Source: a virus. Taken from it: 64,000 nt of DNA. Shown one piece after another: positions 1 through 8,334 of this stretch (positions are counted from its first letter, which is position 1; every line of letters begins with the position of its first letter). The stretch is taken from IMG/VR virus record IMGVR_UViG_3300045141_000294; one strand, 5' to 3'. The position numbers and the translations under genes are program-made. The notes beneath the pieces were generated by a model. That model saw only the letters and a list, made by a program, of their open reading frames with translations, was not told the origin of the DNA and did not search any database.

Positions 1-264
1 GACCTCCACGGTCCGTGAAGGCTCATCGAAGTGCGGGGCATCGGTGTGGTGCTCGTCGCCGGTCACCGTGTAGGAGCCCCGGGAGGAGAAGGTGATCCGG
101 AAGGTGTGCCCCCGGTCGGCCTCCGGCTGCTGGCCGAAGGCGGCCTTCTCGGCCCGCTCAGCACTGCGGTCGAACTCCTCGGCCAACTCCCGCTGCTGCT
201 GGGCCATCAGGCGCAGGTAGGCGGCGTACTCCTCGGGAGGGATGCGTGGTCGCTTGCCGCTCAT
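1..264 (-). CDS. hypothetical protein, 3' end beyond window edge (MSGKRPRIPPEEY...)
   Basis: ATG at 264 overlapping the stop of the upstream gene; open frame to the window edge. Confidence 0.6.
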   Translation of the reverse strand, partial: MSGKRPRIPPEEYAAYLRLMAQQQRELAEEFDRSAERAEKAAFGQQPEADRGHTFRITFSSRGSYTVTGDEHHTDAPHFDEPSRTVEV

Positions 265-440
265 GGCTCGGTCCTCGGGTGCGGCACGGTGGCCGGGTCA
301 ATCCGGACGTAGATGCGCGTCGGCCTCCCGCAGAAGCAGCAGGGCTCCGCCTGCGTCTCCGGGACGATCAGGTGGGACACGTCGTTGTCCGGGAAGAGCA
401 TCCAGAACCGGTCCTCACAGACCGGCTGAGCCCAGGTCAT
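261..440 (-). CDS. small Cys-containing hypothetical protein (MTWAQPVCEDRFW...CCFCGRP)
   Basis: Coding-like 3' part of ORF 261..659; ATG coupled to the upstream stop. Confidence 0.6.
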   Translation of the reverse strand: MTWAQPVCEDRFWMLFPDNDVSHLIVPETQAEPCCFCGRPTRIYVRIDPATVPHPRTEP

Positions 441-808
441 CAGCAGGTACCTCCCTGCATCGAGCAGCCACCAGCCCCGCCGAAGATGACCTGGACGAAT
501 ATCCAGAGCGCCCACCCGAGCCCGACCAGGACGGACCCAGCCAGGGCGGCGACACCCATCCAGACCAGCAGGTAGAACGGTGCGTAGATGACCAGCATGA
601 TCTTCTGCGCGGTGGTCATCCGCTCGCGTTGCTGCCACCGCTCCCGTCTGATCTCCCACCGGCTGGGCGGCACGGGCTCGGGTCGCGGCTCTGGCTTCCG
701 GTACGGCGTCGAGTTGTAGTCGTCGTCGTCGCCCCAGAGGTACATCTTGGCCCCGGTCCGTGCACCGATGACGTACTCGCCGCGCCAGTCGCGCTTGATC
801 TCGCTCAT
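440..808 (-). CDS. hypothetical membrane protein (2 TM segments)
   Basis: Hydrophobic C-terminal stretches IMLVIYAPFYLLVWMGV and LVGLGWALWIFVQVIFG. Confidence 0.65.
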   Translation of the reverse strand: MSEIKRDWRGEYVIGARTGAKMYLWGDDDDYNSTPYRKPEPRPEPVPPSRWEIRRERWQQRERMTTAQKIMLVIYAPFYLLVWMGVAALAGSVLVGLGWALWIFVQVIFGGAGGCSMQGGTC

Positions 809-1110
809 GGAATCTCCGGGGGCACCAGCATCATGTAGGCCTCACCCCGCCCCAGAATCCAGTCCTCGCCGGTGATGTGGTTCCTCTCGCACTGTCCGCA
901 CAGCGGCTGGTCGACCGGCAGCATCACGGGACACCGGGTGGTGTACGGGTGGTCCCCCTGGTCGGTAGCCACCAGCAGGCACCGGCACATGTGCACCCGC
1001 CGCTCCCGGGCCAGGTCCTCCTCCCCGTTGAAGGTCGGGTCCACCAGGTGCCTGGGCACCTCGATGGACGACATCTCCATGCGCCACACCTGCGGGTCCT
1101 CCTCAGCCAT
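805..1110 (-). CDS. hypothetical Cys/His protein
   Basis: Coupled ORF; MCRC...CP...CGQC residues. Confidence 0.6.
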   Translation of the reverse strand: MAEEDPQVWRMEMSSIEVPRHLVDPTFNGEEDLARERRVHMCRCLLVATDQGDHPYTTRCPVMLPVDQPLCGQCERNHITGEDWILGRGEAYMMLVPPEIP

Positions 1111-1364
1111 GCTCGCCAGCCTCTCGCTTCACCACGGGCTCCTGGAACTCACTGAGGTTGACCAGCGGGCCGTGCTGGTGGGTCAGGGTGCTGATCCCGA
1201 TCGAGATGATCCCGGTGTCGTCGGCCCGGGTCGCCATCCCGCCGTCCCGGACCAGCCGCCAGACCAGGCCGTGCCGGTCGATGACGTGCTGGGCCACCAT
1301 CGCGTCGGGGTCGTAGGTCTCGGTCCCTCGGGCCGGGTCCACCTCAGCCATGCTCGCCAGCCTC
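1094..1364. repeat. 30-bp direct repeat pair (1 mismatch) at successive gene junctions
   Basis: gggtcc(t/a)cctcagccatgctcgccagcctc at 1094-1123 and 1335-1364. Confidence 0.9.
1103..1351 (-). CDS. hypothetical protein flanked by 30-bp direct repeats
   Basis: Coupled ORF; repeats at 1094-1123 and 1335-1364. Confidence 0.6.
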   Translation of the reverse strand: MAEVDPARGTETYDPDAMVAQHVIDRHGLVWRLVRDGGMATRADDTGIISIGISTLTHQHGPLVNLSEFQEPVVKREAGEHG

Positions 1365-1691
1365 CCGCAGGGCCTTGGCGGGACACCAGCCGAGATAGGG
1401 ACCGCCCCACTCCCGCTCGTCGTCCACCTCGTCCAGCAGCACCGGCAGCCCCTCCCGGCTCACGGTCAGCACCAGCCCGTCGCCCACGTAGAGCCCACAG
1501 TGCCCCCAGGGCTCGGAGCCGAAGAAGACCACGCCCCCCAGCGGCACCGGCAGGGTCACCGACAGGTGCAGGTCCTCCGCTGCGGCCCTGGCGGACGGGT
1601 AGTGGGCCTTGGCCCCCACCAGCATCCGCACGTAGGCCAGGGACCGGCCCACGTACTCGGAGCGGGCCTCTCCGGGCTTGGTCTCAGTCAC
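1344..1691 (-). CDS. CHAP/NlpC-P60-like protein with Ser at the catalytic Cys position
   Basis: GRSLAYVR...GGVVFFGSEPWGHCGLYVGDG...WGGPYLGW aligns by eye with endolysin 53819..54223. Confidence 0.6.
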   Translation of the reverse strand: MTETKPGEARSEYVGRSLAYVRMLVGAKAHYPSARAAAEDLHLSVTLPVPLGGVVFFGSEPWGHCGLYVGDGLVLTVSREGLPVLLDEVDDEREWGGPYLGWCPAKALREAGEHG

Positions 1692-1893
1692 CCCGGAACT
1701 CCACCCGCTGGTAGTCCTCGACGGTCCCGTCCGGTCGCTGCCTGCGGCCCTGCTCGACCGCCGAGACGTCCTCGGGGCTCAGGCCCTCGATCGGCAGCAG
1801 GCTGCCCTGGTCACGGACCACCAGCCCACCCCCGTGCTCGGCGGTGGTCTTGATGTCGGCGTACAGCCGTGGCTCGTCCTCGTACTCGCTCAT
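1684..1893 (-). CDS. hypothetical protein (MSEYEDEPRL...)
   Basis: RBS aaggagag 4 nt before ATG. Confidence 0.6.
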   Translation of the reverse strand: MSEYEDEPRLYADIKTTAEHGGGLVVRDQGSLLPIEGLSPEDVSAVEQGRRQRPDGTVEDYQRVEFRGD

Positions 1894-1907
1894 AGTGCTC
1901 TCCTTGC

Positions 1908-2195
1908 TCATGGCTTCACCCGGATCACCCAGGTGGCCCGGATCACCGGCTCCCCGCCGAAGACCGGCTGCTCGTCGACGGTGGTGGGCTTCTCCCGGAA
2001 GTCGGGTAGACGGCGCCACCCGAGCAGCCGCTCCCACCAGCGCTCGTAGCGGGCGTCGGCGGCGGTCATCGCCTCGTAGAACTCCGGCAGGTCCTTGTGC
2101 CGGTACCGGCGCCCGTCGGCGACGGTCCACTCCGGAGGCAGGGCACCGTCGGGGTCGTAGGAGGCGATCACGGTGCCCAGTGGCAGGAGGCTCAC
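1908..2195 (-). CDS. hypothetical protein
   Basis: GTG start coupled to the upstream stop; coding-like 3' part of ORF 1908..2405. Confidence 0.55.
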   Translation of the reverse strand: MSLLPLGTVIASYDPDGALPPEWTVADGRRYRHKDLPEFYEAMTAADARYERWWERLLGWRRLPDFREKPTTVDEQPVFGGEPVIRATWVIRVKP

Positions 2196-2317
2196 TCCAT
2201 CCCCCGGTCGTACTGGCCCATCTCGTCGCGGGCACGGCGGGCGTGGTAGGCCTCCATCACGACGTTGACGATGATCGCCCAGCCGATCATCTGCATGGTG
2301 TCGAACAGGTGGCTCAT
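2192..2317 (-). CDS. 41-aa hypothetical peptide with a hydrophobic core (MSHLFDTMQMIGWAIIVNVV...)
   Basis: Fills the gap with coupled start and stop; absent from the ORF track. Confidence 0.5.
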   Translation of the reverse strand: MSHLFDTMQMIGWAIIVNVVMEAYHARRARDEMGQYDRGME

Positions 2318-2619
2318 CAGACCTCCCCCATGGTCTGGTGCCTACGGAATCCGCTGTCCATCGCAACCGATTCCGAAGGACCAGACGCCATGCGCTGCCG
2401 GGCACGAGCGTCCTTGAGCACCTCGGCGAGGTCGTTGCCCCGGACGGTGTGCCACTTGCGCTGGGTGCCCCGGGACAGGGCGATCACGAACTTCACGGTC
2501 CAGGCCCCGTCGTCGAACCACATCTCGACCGGCACCGGCTTGGTGCCGTTGTAGCCCCACGGCTGCTCGGGGACGTGGCCCTGCACCAGGGCTGCCAGGT
2601 CGTTGATGTCGTTGCTCAT
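2317..2619 (-). CDS. hypothetical protein, probably leaderless
   Basis: -10 TACGGT lies 6 nt upstream of the ATG. Confidence 0.6.
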   Translation of the reverse strand: MSNDINDLAALVQGHVPEQPWGYNGTKPVPVEMWFDDGAWTVKFVIALSRGTQRKWHTVRGNDLAEVLKDARARQRMASGPSESVAMDSGFRRHQTMGEV

Positions 2620-2680
2620 GGGCACACCGTACCAAGGAACCTTGGTGGATGGAAGAGATTGGTAGCGTGTCCACTGGTCG
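2620..2680. promoter_or_regulatory. divergent promoter region with ACCAAGG-aa-CCTTGGT inverted repeat
   Basis: Minus strand CTTGG-TACGGT; plus strand TTGG-TAGCGT. Confidence 0.55.
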
Positions 2681-2740
2681 GTGGCCTGCGAGCGCGGGCA
2701 TCGCAGCCTTCCCCGTTCATCTCACCCAGGAGGCTGTCCC

Positions 2741-2995
2741 ATGTCATCCATCTCTTGCCGCTTCTACGTCTCGTCCATCGAGTTCCCCGCTGGCACCAAC
2801 GGCCAGGGCAAGGTCGTGCTCACCCCGGCGTACGCCAACGGCGCCAACACCGAGTGGGCCACCGCCACCCCGTCCGGTCGGATCGAGTTGCAGGTGTCCA
2901 ACCCCGGCGCCGTCAAGGTGCTCAACGAGTGGCGCCTGGGCCGGTCCGACATCCACATCACGATGCAGCCGGTCGAGGAGGTCGAGGGTGGCTGA
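2741..2995 (+). CDS. conserved small phage protein (RFYVSSIE...WATATPSGRIELQVSNP)
   Basis: RBS aggagg; motif pattern recalled from a common phage hypothetical family. Confidence 0.7.
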   Translation: MSSISCRFYVSSIEFPAGTNGQGKVVLTPAYANGANTEWATATPSGRIELQVSNPGAVKVLNEWRLGRSDIHITMQPVEEVEGG

Positions 2996-3167
2996 GCGCG
3001 TCAAGGTGTGCGAGTGCTCAGACCGGGGTCCCGAGGCGACGGTGTACCACGGTGGCTCCGAGGACGGCTGCCCCCGGGAGGCCAACGCCGACGAGACGAT
3101 CGGGGGAGGCCGGGTGGTCTCCTCACCGGCCCTGTGCACGGCGTGTGCCTTCGGCTGCTACGAGTAG
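2988..3167 (+). CDS. small Cys-rich hypothetical protein
   Basis: GTG coupled start; CEC...C...CTAC residues. Confidence 0.5.
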   Translation: MAERVKVCECSDRGPEATVYHGGSEDGCPREANADETIGGGRVVSSPALCTACAFGCYE

Positions 3168-3372
3168 ACGGCTAGCCTCACCCGATGGTCACCCTGATCC
3201 GCACCGGCCTGCTCTGGCTCTGGCTCCGGGCCGCCGAGATGCTGGAGTGAGACGACCCACCACCGAGGAGTGGGTGACCATCGGGATGTTCACGGTCGTG
3301 GCGGTGGCCTACCTGGCCGTGCTGGTCTGGGTCGTCTGAGCCACACCGGGTCCACGTCCTCCTCGTGAGCCA

Positions 3373-4053
3373 TCAGTGGGCACAGACCACGTACACCGTC
3401 AGCGACCAGGAGCCGTTGCCGAACCCCTGCTCCTCGGTGACCTGGGCCACCCAGGAGTTGGCGCCGTTGGGCGAGGAGCGTTGCAGCACCAGGTCGGGGT
3501 CGTGGACGTTGGTGTTGTAGCCGCCACCGGTCATGTGGGTGCCGTTCTGGCAGGACACGGTGCGGGTCTTGGTGTTGGCACCGTCATTGCCGGTGGTGGA
3601 GGAGAAGAACGTCGTGGAGACCACCCCTCCCGGGGCTCCAGGAGGCCCTGGAGGTCCTGGCGGGCCGGGCACGGTGGAGTCGGCCCCTGGTGCTCCAGGA
3701 GGCCCCTGAGCCCCGTCCTTACCGTCCTGACCGGGTTTGCCGGGCTTACCGTCCTGACCATCCTGGCCTGGCTTCCCCCGGAAGCCCCGGGGTCCGCGCT
3801 CACCCGGTGGTCCCTGGGGTCCCGGTGGTGCTGGAGGCGGCGGGAAGGTGGCGAGCCTCAGCGGCTTCTGGTCCTTCCCGCAGGCCTTGCCGAGCCGGAC
3901 GTTGAGGTCCCCGATGCTCGGCTGGGGTCCGGTCATCTGCACGCACGCCGGGACGAAGCCTGCCGTGCTGGCCGAGGTCGCAGCGTCGGAGGAGACCATG
4001 CCGCCCAGCACCAGGGCTCCGGCCACTCCGGCCAGCGCCACCAGGTTTCTCAT
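3373..4053 (-). CDS. secreted collagen-like (Gly-X-Y) protein
   Basis: N-terminal signal peptide, long GPP/GQD/GKP triplet run, Cys-bounded C-terminal beta domain. Confidence 0.8.
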   Translation of the reverse strand: MRNLVALAGVAGALVLGGMVSSDAATSASTAGFVPACVQMTGPQPSIGDLNVRLGKACGKDQKPLRLATFPPPPAPPGPQGPPGERGPRGFRGKPGQDGQDGKPGKPGQDGKDGAQGPPGAPGADSTVPGPPGPPGPPGAPGGVVSTTFFSSTTGNDGANTKTRTVSCQNGTHMTGGGYNTNVHDPDLVLQRSSPNGANSWVAQVTEEQGFGNGSWSLTVYVVCAH

Positions 4054-4161
4054 GGGGACATCATGCTCCTGGCTAGAACCACCAGGAGAAGGCCGCGTAG
4101 CAGACCAGGGCCGCGCACAGCAGGCCCGCCACAGTGGCGCCGAGGATCAGTACCCAGTCCC

Positions 4162-4320
4162 TCACTCCGGCTGGCCGTAGGCCATCTCCCGGGCCAGGTA
4201 GTACCGGGCCGCGTGGGAGGACGTCCTCCGACCGCTCCTGGTGGTGCAGGGCACACCGGGCTTGGCGTTGCAGTAGGTGCAGGCCATGGACAGCATCAGG
4301 TCCTTGAAGGTCTGGCTCAT
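4162..4320 (-). CDS. small zinc-finger protein (CTYCNAKPGVPC...H)
   Basis: CxxC-x6-C-x10-H pattern; RBS ggagagccc. Confidence 0.65.
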   Translation of the reverse strand: MSQTFKDLMLSMACTYCNAKPGVPCTTRSGRRTSSHAARYYLAREMAYGQPE

Positions 4321-4502
4321 GGGCTCTCCTGGACAGCCACCACCGCCGAGATGATGAGCACGGTCAGTGCCCCGTTCGCCTCGCGCTGCACTACCAGGGG
4401 CTGGCTGGGGTCGCAGCCGAGGTCGAGGGCACGTCGACCGAACTCGGCGATCTCCCCGATGGTCGGTGAGGGCGTGGTGTGCAGGGCGAGGTAGACGCTC
4501 AC
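4317..4502 (-). CDS. hypothetical protein
   Basis: Coupled GTG start. Confidence 0.5.
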   Translation of the reverse strand: MSVYLALHTTPSPTIGEIAEFGRRALDLGCDPSQPLVVQREANGALTVLIISAVVAVQESP

Positions 4503-4828
4503 TTGCCCTCCTCGGGGGTGCCAGACGCAGAAGCGAGATCGGCGTCGGACCATGCGGTGATCTCGCGGGCGCCGATCTGTAGGCAGTACGAGCCCGAGTC
4601 GTCGTGGGCGTATCCGTCGGGGTGGACGTGCCATCCGGCCAGCCGCACCTCGACGAGCACCCGGTCCCGTTCGGCGGCACGCACGGCAGCGTCGTGGTCA
4701 GCGAGCCACTCGGAGGCGAGGACGGCGCGGGCTGCGGCGAGGCACCCGTCGTTTCCGTCGATGTAGACATGCCCAAGCCTGCCCGCCGAGCCGATCACCA
4801 CGGCCAGCGCCTCGTCGTCCCTGCTCAC
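4499..4828 (-). CDS. hypothetical protein
   Basis: Coupled GTG start (VSRDDEAL...). Confidence 0.55.
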   Translation of the reverse strand: MSRDDEALAVVIGSAGRLGHVYIDGNDGCLAAARAVLASEWLADHDAAVRAAERDRVLVEVRLAGWHVHPDGYAHDDSGSYCLQIGAREITAWSDADLASASGTPEEGK

Positions 4829-5097
4829 GGCTGCACCTCGCCGTCGTAGTGCTCGTGTCGCGGTGAGTAGCGCCGCGTGATCTCCCCGAACCATGCCCAG
4901 TCCAGAGGTACGCCTGACACCTCGTTCGCCATGCCCCAGCCCCACTCGAAGAAGGCGTTGGCGACCTCCGCTTGGCGGGCGGTGAGGATCGCCTCGACAG
5001 CGGCGGCGAGCGGGGCAGTGGGGTTGATCGGGTGCGTCATGCCAAGCGACCTCCCCAGCGTCTCGCGCTCCTCGGCGGTGAGCCGTGCGTCGGTCAT
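4825..5097 (-). CDS. hypothetical protein
   Basis: Coupled ATG (MTDARLT...). Confidence 0.55.
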   Translation of the reverse strand: MTDARLTAEERETLGRSLGMTHPINPTAPLAAAVEAILTARQAEVANAFFEWGWGMANEVSGVPLDWAWFGEITRRYSPRHEHYDGEVQP

Positions 5098-5381
5098 GCC
5101 TCTCCCCTCCGGGCCTTGCGGACACCCTGGGTGGTCGGGCTCTCGCCCTTGCTGTACCGGTCCTGGGCGACACACCAGGCCTCGATCCGGTCCAGGGCCT
5201 GCTGGGCCTCCGAGGGCCTCTGCTCGACCAGGGCGAGCACCTGCTGCCGGGCTGCCAGGAAGCCGTCCTCGTCCTCGGCCAGCCAGAGCACCGCCAGCGC
5301 CCGGTCGAGGTCGGTGGGGGTGTCATCGAGCCAGCGGCTCAGGGTCTTCACCATGGCGGGGTCCAGGCCGTGCTCAGCCAT
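5094..5381 (-). CDS. hypothetical protein
   Basis: Coupled ATG (MAEHGLD...). Confidence 0.55.
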   Translation of the reverse strand: MAEHGLDPAMVKTLSRWLDDTPTDLDRALAVLWLAEDEDGFLAARQQVLALVEQRPSEAQQALDRIEAWCVAQDRYSKGESPTTQGVRKARRGEA

Positions 5382-5697
5382 CTGCCTGCATCCGCTCCAG
5401 TCTGTTCGGCCCCCGCACCGCCACCGGCTCCACCTTCTCGGCCACGTCTCGGTATCCCCGCGCCAGCCCCACGGCGTACGGGTTGTCGGGGTTCTCCTCG
5501 GCCATCCCAGCCGCGTGCTCGCAGTAGTCCACGACCCGTGCTCGCAGCCGGTCCTCGGCACCGGCCACCGCTCCGGCGATGATCGCCAGCACGGCCTCGG
5601 TGGCCTCGTCGGCGGCGGCCTCCATGGTCCTCCCGGCGTTGCGGGCCTCGTAGTAGGCGTTGCTGATCGCGGCCCTGACGGCATTCCGGTCGCTCAT
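5374..5697 (-). CDS. hypothetical protein, probably leaderless
   Basis: CTTGG-TAGAGT lies 6 nt upstream of the ATG. Confidence 0.6.
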   Translation of the reverse strand: MSDRNAVRAAISNAYYEARNAGRTMEAAADEATEAVLAIIAGAVAGAEDRLRARVVDYCEHAAGMAEENPDNPYAVGLARGYRDVAEKVEPVAVRGPNRLERMQADG

Positions 5698-5749
5698 GGG
5701 GTCACTCTACCAAGCATCCTTGGGTGCCTCTCTGTCCGATTCCCGCTAC

Positions 5750-5830
5750 CTTTGTAGGGTTCCTACAAAGGTTTTGACTCTCAGGAACTAGCAATGCTTG
5801 ACAGTGTCAACATTGAGAGGGTTCCTACAA
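5750..5830. promoter_or_regulatory. AT-richer intergenic element with two palindromes and a direct repeat
   Basis: ctttgtagg-gtt-cctacaaag 5750-5770; ttgaca-g-tgtcaa 5798-5810; agggttcctacaa repeated at 5818-5830. Confidence 0.5.
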
Positions 5831-5833
5831 CGA

Positions 5834-6064
5834 TCACCGGCTCTTCCAGGCGAACGGGGTGCCGCTGTTCAGCGCCTTGAGACAGCGCGAGCAGTCCACG
5901 TTGCCCCTCGTGCCCGGCCTGACCCGGTGCCGGTACTGGGCCTTCACCCCGCACCAGGCCTGCCCGTAGGTGCTGGTCATCGCGTGGATGGGGCCGAGTT
6001 GCCGATCCCCGTCCCGGTGGGTGACCCCGAACACCGTCGTCACCTGGGGCTCGGGCTCAGTCAT
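5834..6064 (-). CDS. small H/C zinc-binding-like hypothetical protein
   Basis: IHA...WCG...CSRC residues. Confidence 0.6.
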   Translation of the reverse strand: MTEPEPQVTTVFGVTHRDGDRQLGPIHAMTSTYGQAWCGVKAQYRHRVRPGTRGNVDCSRCLKALNSGTPFAWKSR

Positions 6065-6335
6065 CGCTCTCCTGCTCGGGCACGCACGGCCAGTGCCAGG
6101 TACCGCCGACGTGCTCGTCCTCGGACTGCTCCAGGCCCTGGTCGAAGAACAGCCCGCTCGGGTTCAGCACGGCCACGCTGACCAGCCCCTGGACGAGGGC
6201 GCCACCCTCGACGAGGGCGCCAGGCCCAGTCACCTCGGTCACCAGCGCGGCCCGGCACACCGACCTGTAGCGCCCGTCCGGGCTGCCGTGGGACACGTAG
6301 TGCACCGGCTGCCCGATCCTCGGTGAGGTGCTCAC
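6057..6335 (-). CDS. conserved actinophage hypothetical protein (VHYVSHG...CRAALVTEV...GTWHWP)
   Basis: Recognisable motif pattern; coupled GTG start. Confidence 0.7.
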   Translation of the reverse strand: MSTSPRIGQPVHYVSHGSPDGRYRSVCRAALVTEVTGPGALVEGGALVQGLVSVAVLNPSGLFFDQGLEQSEDEHVGGTWHWPCVPEQESDD

Positions 6336-6547
6336 CGGGAGCCGTCCAGCAGGTCGTGCAGGTCGAGGAAGGCGTCGGCGCTCTCGATCTCGGTGTCCGT
6401 CATGTGCTGCTCCCACGGGTCACCCAGGGACTCGGCCAGGAACGCCGAGACCCGAGCCTGGGCGTGAGTGTCGGCGGCTCTCATGGCAGCCTGCCGAGCC
6501 AGCCGAGCCCGGTCCTCGGGGGACAGGCTGTCGAGGATCGTGGTCAT
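6332..6547 (-). CDS. hypothetical protein
   Basis: Coupled ATG. Confidence 0.55.
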   Translation of the reverse strand: MTTILDSLSPEDRARLARQAAMRAADTHAQARVSAFLAESLGDPWEQHMTDTEIESADAFLDLHDLLDGSR

Positions 6548-7023
6548 GACTCCCCCTGCGACTCGGTCTGAGCCTCTGTGGCTTGATCTGAGGGCCTCTC
6601 GGCCTGCTGCTGGGCCAGGTACCCACGCAGGGCCTGCTGGGCGCTGGAGAGCCGGTCCTGGGCCGCGTGGAGGGCGATCCCGGCCATCCGCACCTCTGCC
6701 AGCAGCCGGTCGGCCTCGGTCTGAGCGGTCACCGGCTCCTCGACGGGCTCGGAGTCGGCGTCCAGGGGCATCCGCCACACCTGCTCGTGCTCGGTGCCGG
6801 GGCTGGTCACCACGGTCACCGGCTGGGTCACCGGCTGGGGGATGCGCCCGTGCAGGTTCCCCGGGCAGCCCCCGGTCTCGCAGGTGCGCAGCGCTCCGAG
6901 GTCGCTCAGCGGGGCTCCGCACCCACCACAGGTCGCGTACCGCTTGCCCGGCGCCAGCCAGCAGTCGGGGGCATGCACGCCGTCGCCGTAGCCGCACTCC
7001 TCGCACTGGGTCATGGGGCTCAT
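6544..7023 (-). CDS. hypothetical protein with N-terminal Cys clusters and C-terminal coiled coil
   Basis: CEECG..H..DC and CGGC..C..C residues. Confidence 0.6.
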   Translation of the reverse strand: MSPMTQCEECGYGDGVHAPDCWLAPGKRYATCGGCGAPLSDLGALRTCETGGCPGNLHGRIPQPVTQPVTVVTSPGTEHEQVWRMPLDADSEPVEEPVTAQTEADRLLAEVRMAGIALHAAQDRLSSAQQALRGYLAQQQAERPSDQATEAQTESQGES

Positions 7024-7190
7024 GCGGTCGGCGCCTTGTCGGCTGGCGGCAGCAGCAGGTGGGCGTCCACGCCCTGCTGGTACGGCCCCTTCTTGGCCGA
7101 CTGGGTGCGCACCCGCAGCCAGCCCTCGACGCCCTCCCAGGTGTGGCTCACACCCTGGTCGTCGACCACGGTCAGGGACACGATCCTCAT
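7020..7190 (-). CDS. hypothetical protein
   Basis: Coupled ATG. Confidence 0.5.
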   Translation of the reverse strand: MRIVSLTVVDDQGVSHTWEGVEGWLRVRTQSAKKGPYQQGVDAHLLLPPADKAPTA

Positions 7191-7396
7191 CAGGCCTCCT
7201 GGGGAGTGAAGGGGGTGGTCCTGGGCCTCACGAGCCGGGCGGCCTTGACGATCGGGCAGGCCTCGACCCGGCCCCGGACCCACTGGCGCCCGGTGTGCTC
7301 GCCGTGCGGGCTCCAGACGGCGTGCCAGTGCCCGGTCTCCCCGAGGAACCTGGTGGTGCCGCGCTCGTAGGGCTGGAGGGCTGCGTGCTCGCTCAT
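7190..7396 (-). CDS. hypothetical protein
   Basis: Coupled ORF. Confidence 0.5.
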   Translation of the reverse strand: MSEHAALQPYERGTTRFLGETGHWHAVWSPHGEHTGRQWVRGRVEACPIVKAARLVRPRTTPFTPQEA

Positions 7397-7518
7397 GGGG
7401 TCTCCCGAGAGGTGTCGGTGGTGGGTGTGCTGGGGTCGGGCTCAGGTGTGGTGATGGTGACAGGCTCGACCGGCCAGTCCGGCATCGTGCCCGGCAGGTC
7501 CTCGGGCAACGGGCTCAT
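7393..7518 (-). CDS. 41-aa Pro/Thr-rich peptide
   Basis: Coupled start and stop. Confidence 0.4.
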   Translation of the reverse strand: MSPLPEDLPGTMPDWPVEPVTITTPEPDPSTPTTDTSRETP

Positions 7519-7766
7519 GGCTGGTCCTCCATGACGGCGACCTCGGCGTCGCAGAGCGCCTGGGCCTGCTCCAGGGTCTCGAAGTCCCCGGGGAGCCACG
7601 GGACGTACCACAGGCTTTTGCCCTCGGCTCCGCGACCATGACCCACGATGTCCTGCTGGCGAGTCTTGCCGTTGACCGTCACCGTGCGGGTGTAGGCGAG
7701 GAGGGCGCCCTGCCGGGCGATCTCCCACTCGCCGACGGTGGCCTCGGTGTACGGGACGGTCCTCAT
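7515..7766 (-). CDS. hypothetical protein
   Basis: RBS ggagagccagccATG. Confidence 0.6.
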   Translation of the reverse strand: MRTVPYTEATVGEWEIARQGALLAYTRTVTVNGKTRQQDIVGHGRGAEGKSLWYVPWLPGDFETLEQAQALCDAEVAVMEDQP

Positions 7767-8050
7767 GGCTGGCTCTCCTCGTCGGCCTCCACGATGCGAT
7801 CGAACATCCGGTCGGCCAGTTCGATCGGCGCCTCGGTGTGGTGGACCATGATCAGTCCCTCGGCCTCGGCGTAGGTCGGCCCCACGTCCTCGGGCAGGTC
7901 CCACATCCCGTTCGGGAGATGGTCGCGAGCCCACTGGGTGGCCTCGGCCTCGGTGCTGAACCCGGTCACCAGGGCGTTGGGCTGGCTCGGACGGTCAGGC
8001 CCACTCATGTCGGGGCCTCCGTACGAGATCACTACGTGCTGCTCGGTCAT
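7763..8050 (-). CDS. hypothetical protein
   Basis: RBS ggagagccacccATG. Confidence 0.65.
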   Translation of the reverse strand: MTEQHVVISYGGPDMSGPDRPSQPNALVTGFSTEAEATQWARDHLPNGMWDLPEDVGPTYAEAEGLIMVHHTEAPIELADRMFDRIVEADEESQP

Positions 8051-8334
8051 GGGTGGCTCTCCTCGGTGGTGGGCTCGGACTGGGGCCAGTCAGCCAGTTC
8101 CCAGGCCCGCAGGTTGCGCTCGGCCTCGCGCTCGGCCTCGACCACGAACAGCGGGTCGCTCACGACCAGTGCGTACAGGGCCTGACCGTCCTCATGACCG
8201 GCCTCAGCCAGCCACTCCGCGTTCCTGACCTCGTGGGCGATCTCGGCCTGTGCCCGGTCGGCGTAGGCCCGATCGACAGCATCGAGCATCGCCTGCACCT
8301 GCTCGGGAGACAGCAGGTCGTTGAGCCGGGTCAT
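8047..8334 (-). CDS. hypothetical protein
   Basis: Coupled ORF. Confidence 0.6.
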   Translation of the reverse strand: MTRLNDLLSPEQVQAMLDAVDRAYADRAQAEIAHEVRNAEWLAEAGHEDGQALYALVVSDPLFVVEAEREAERNLRAWELADWPQSEPTTEESHP

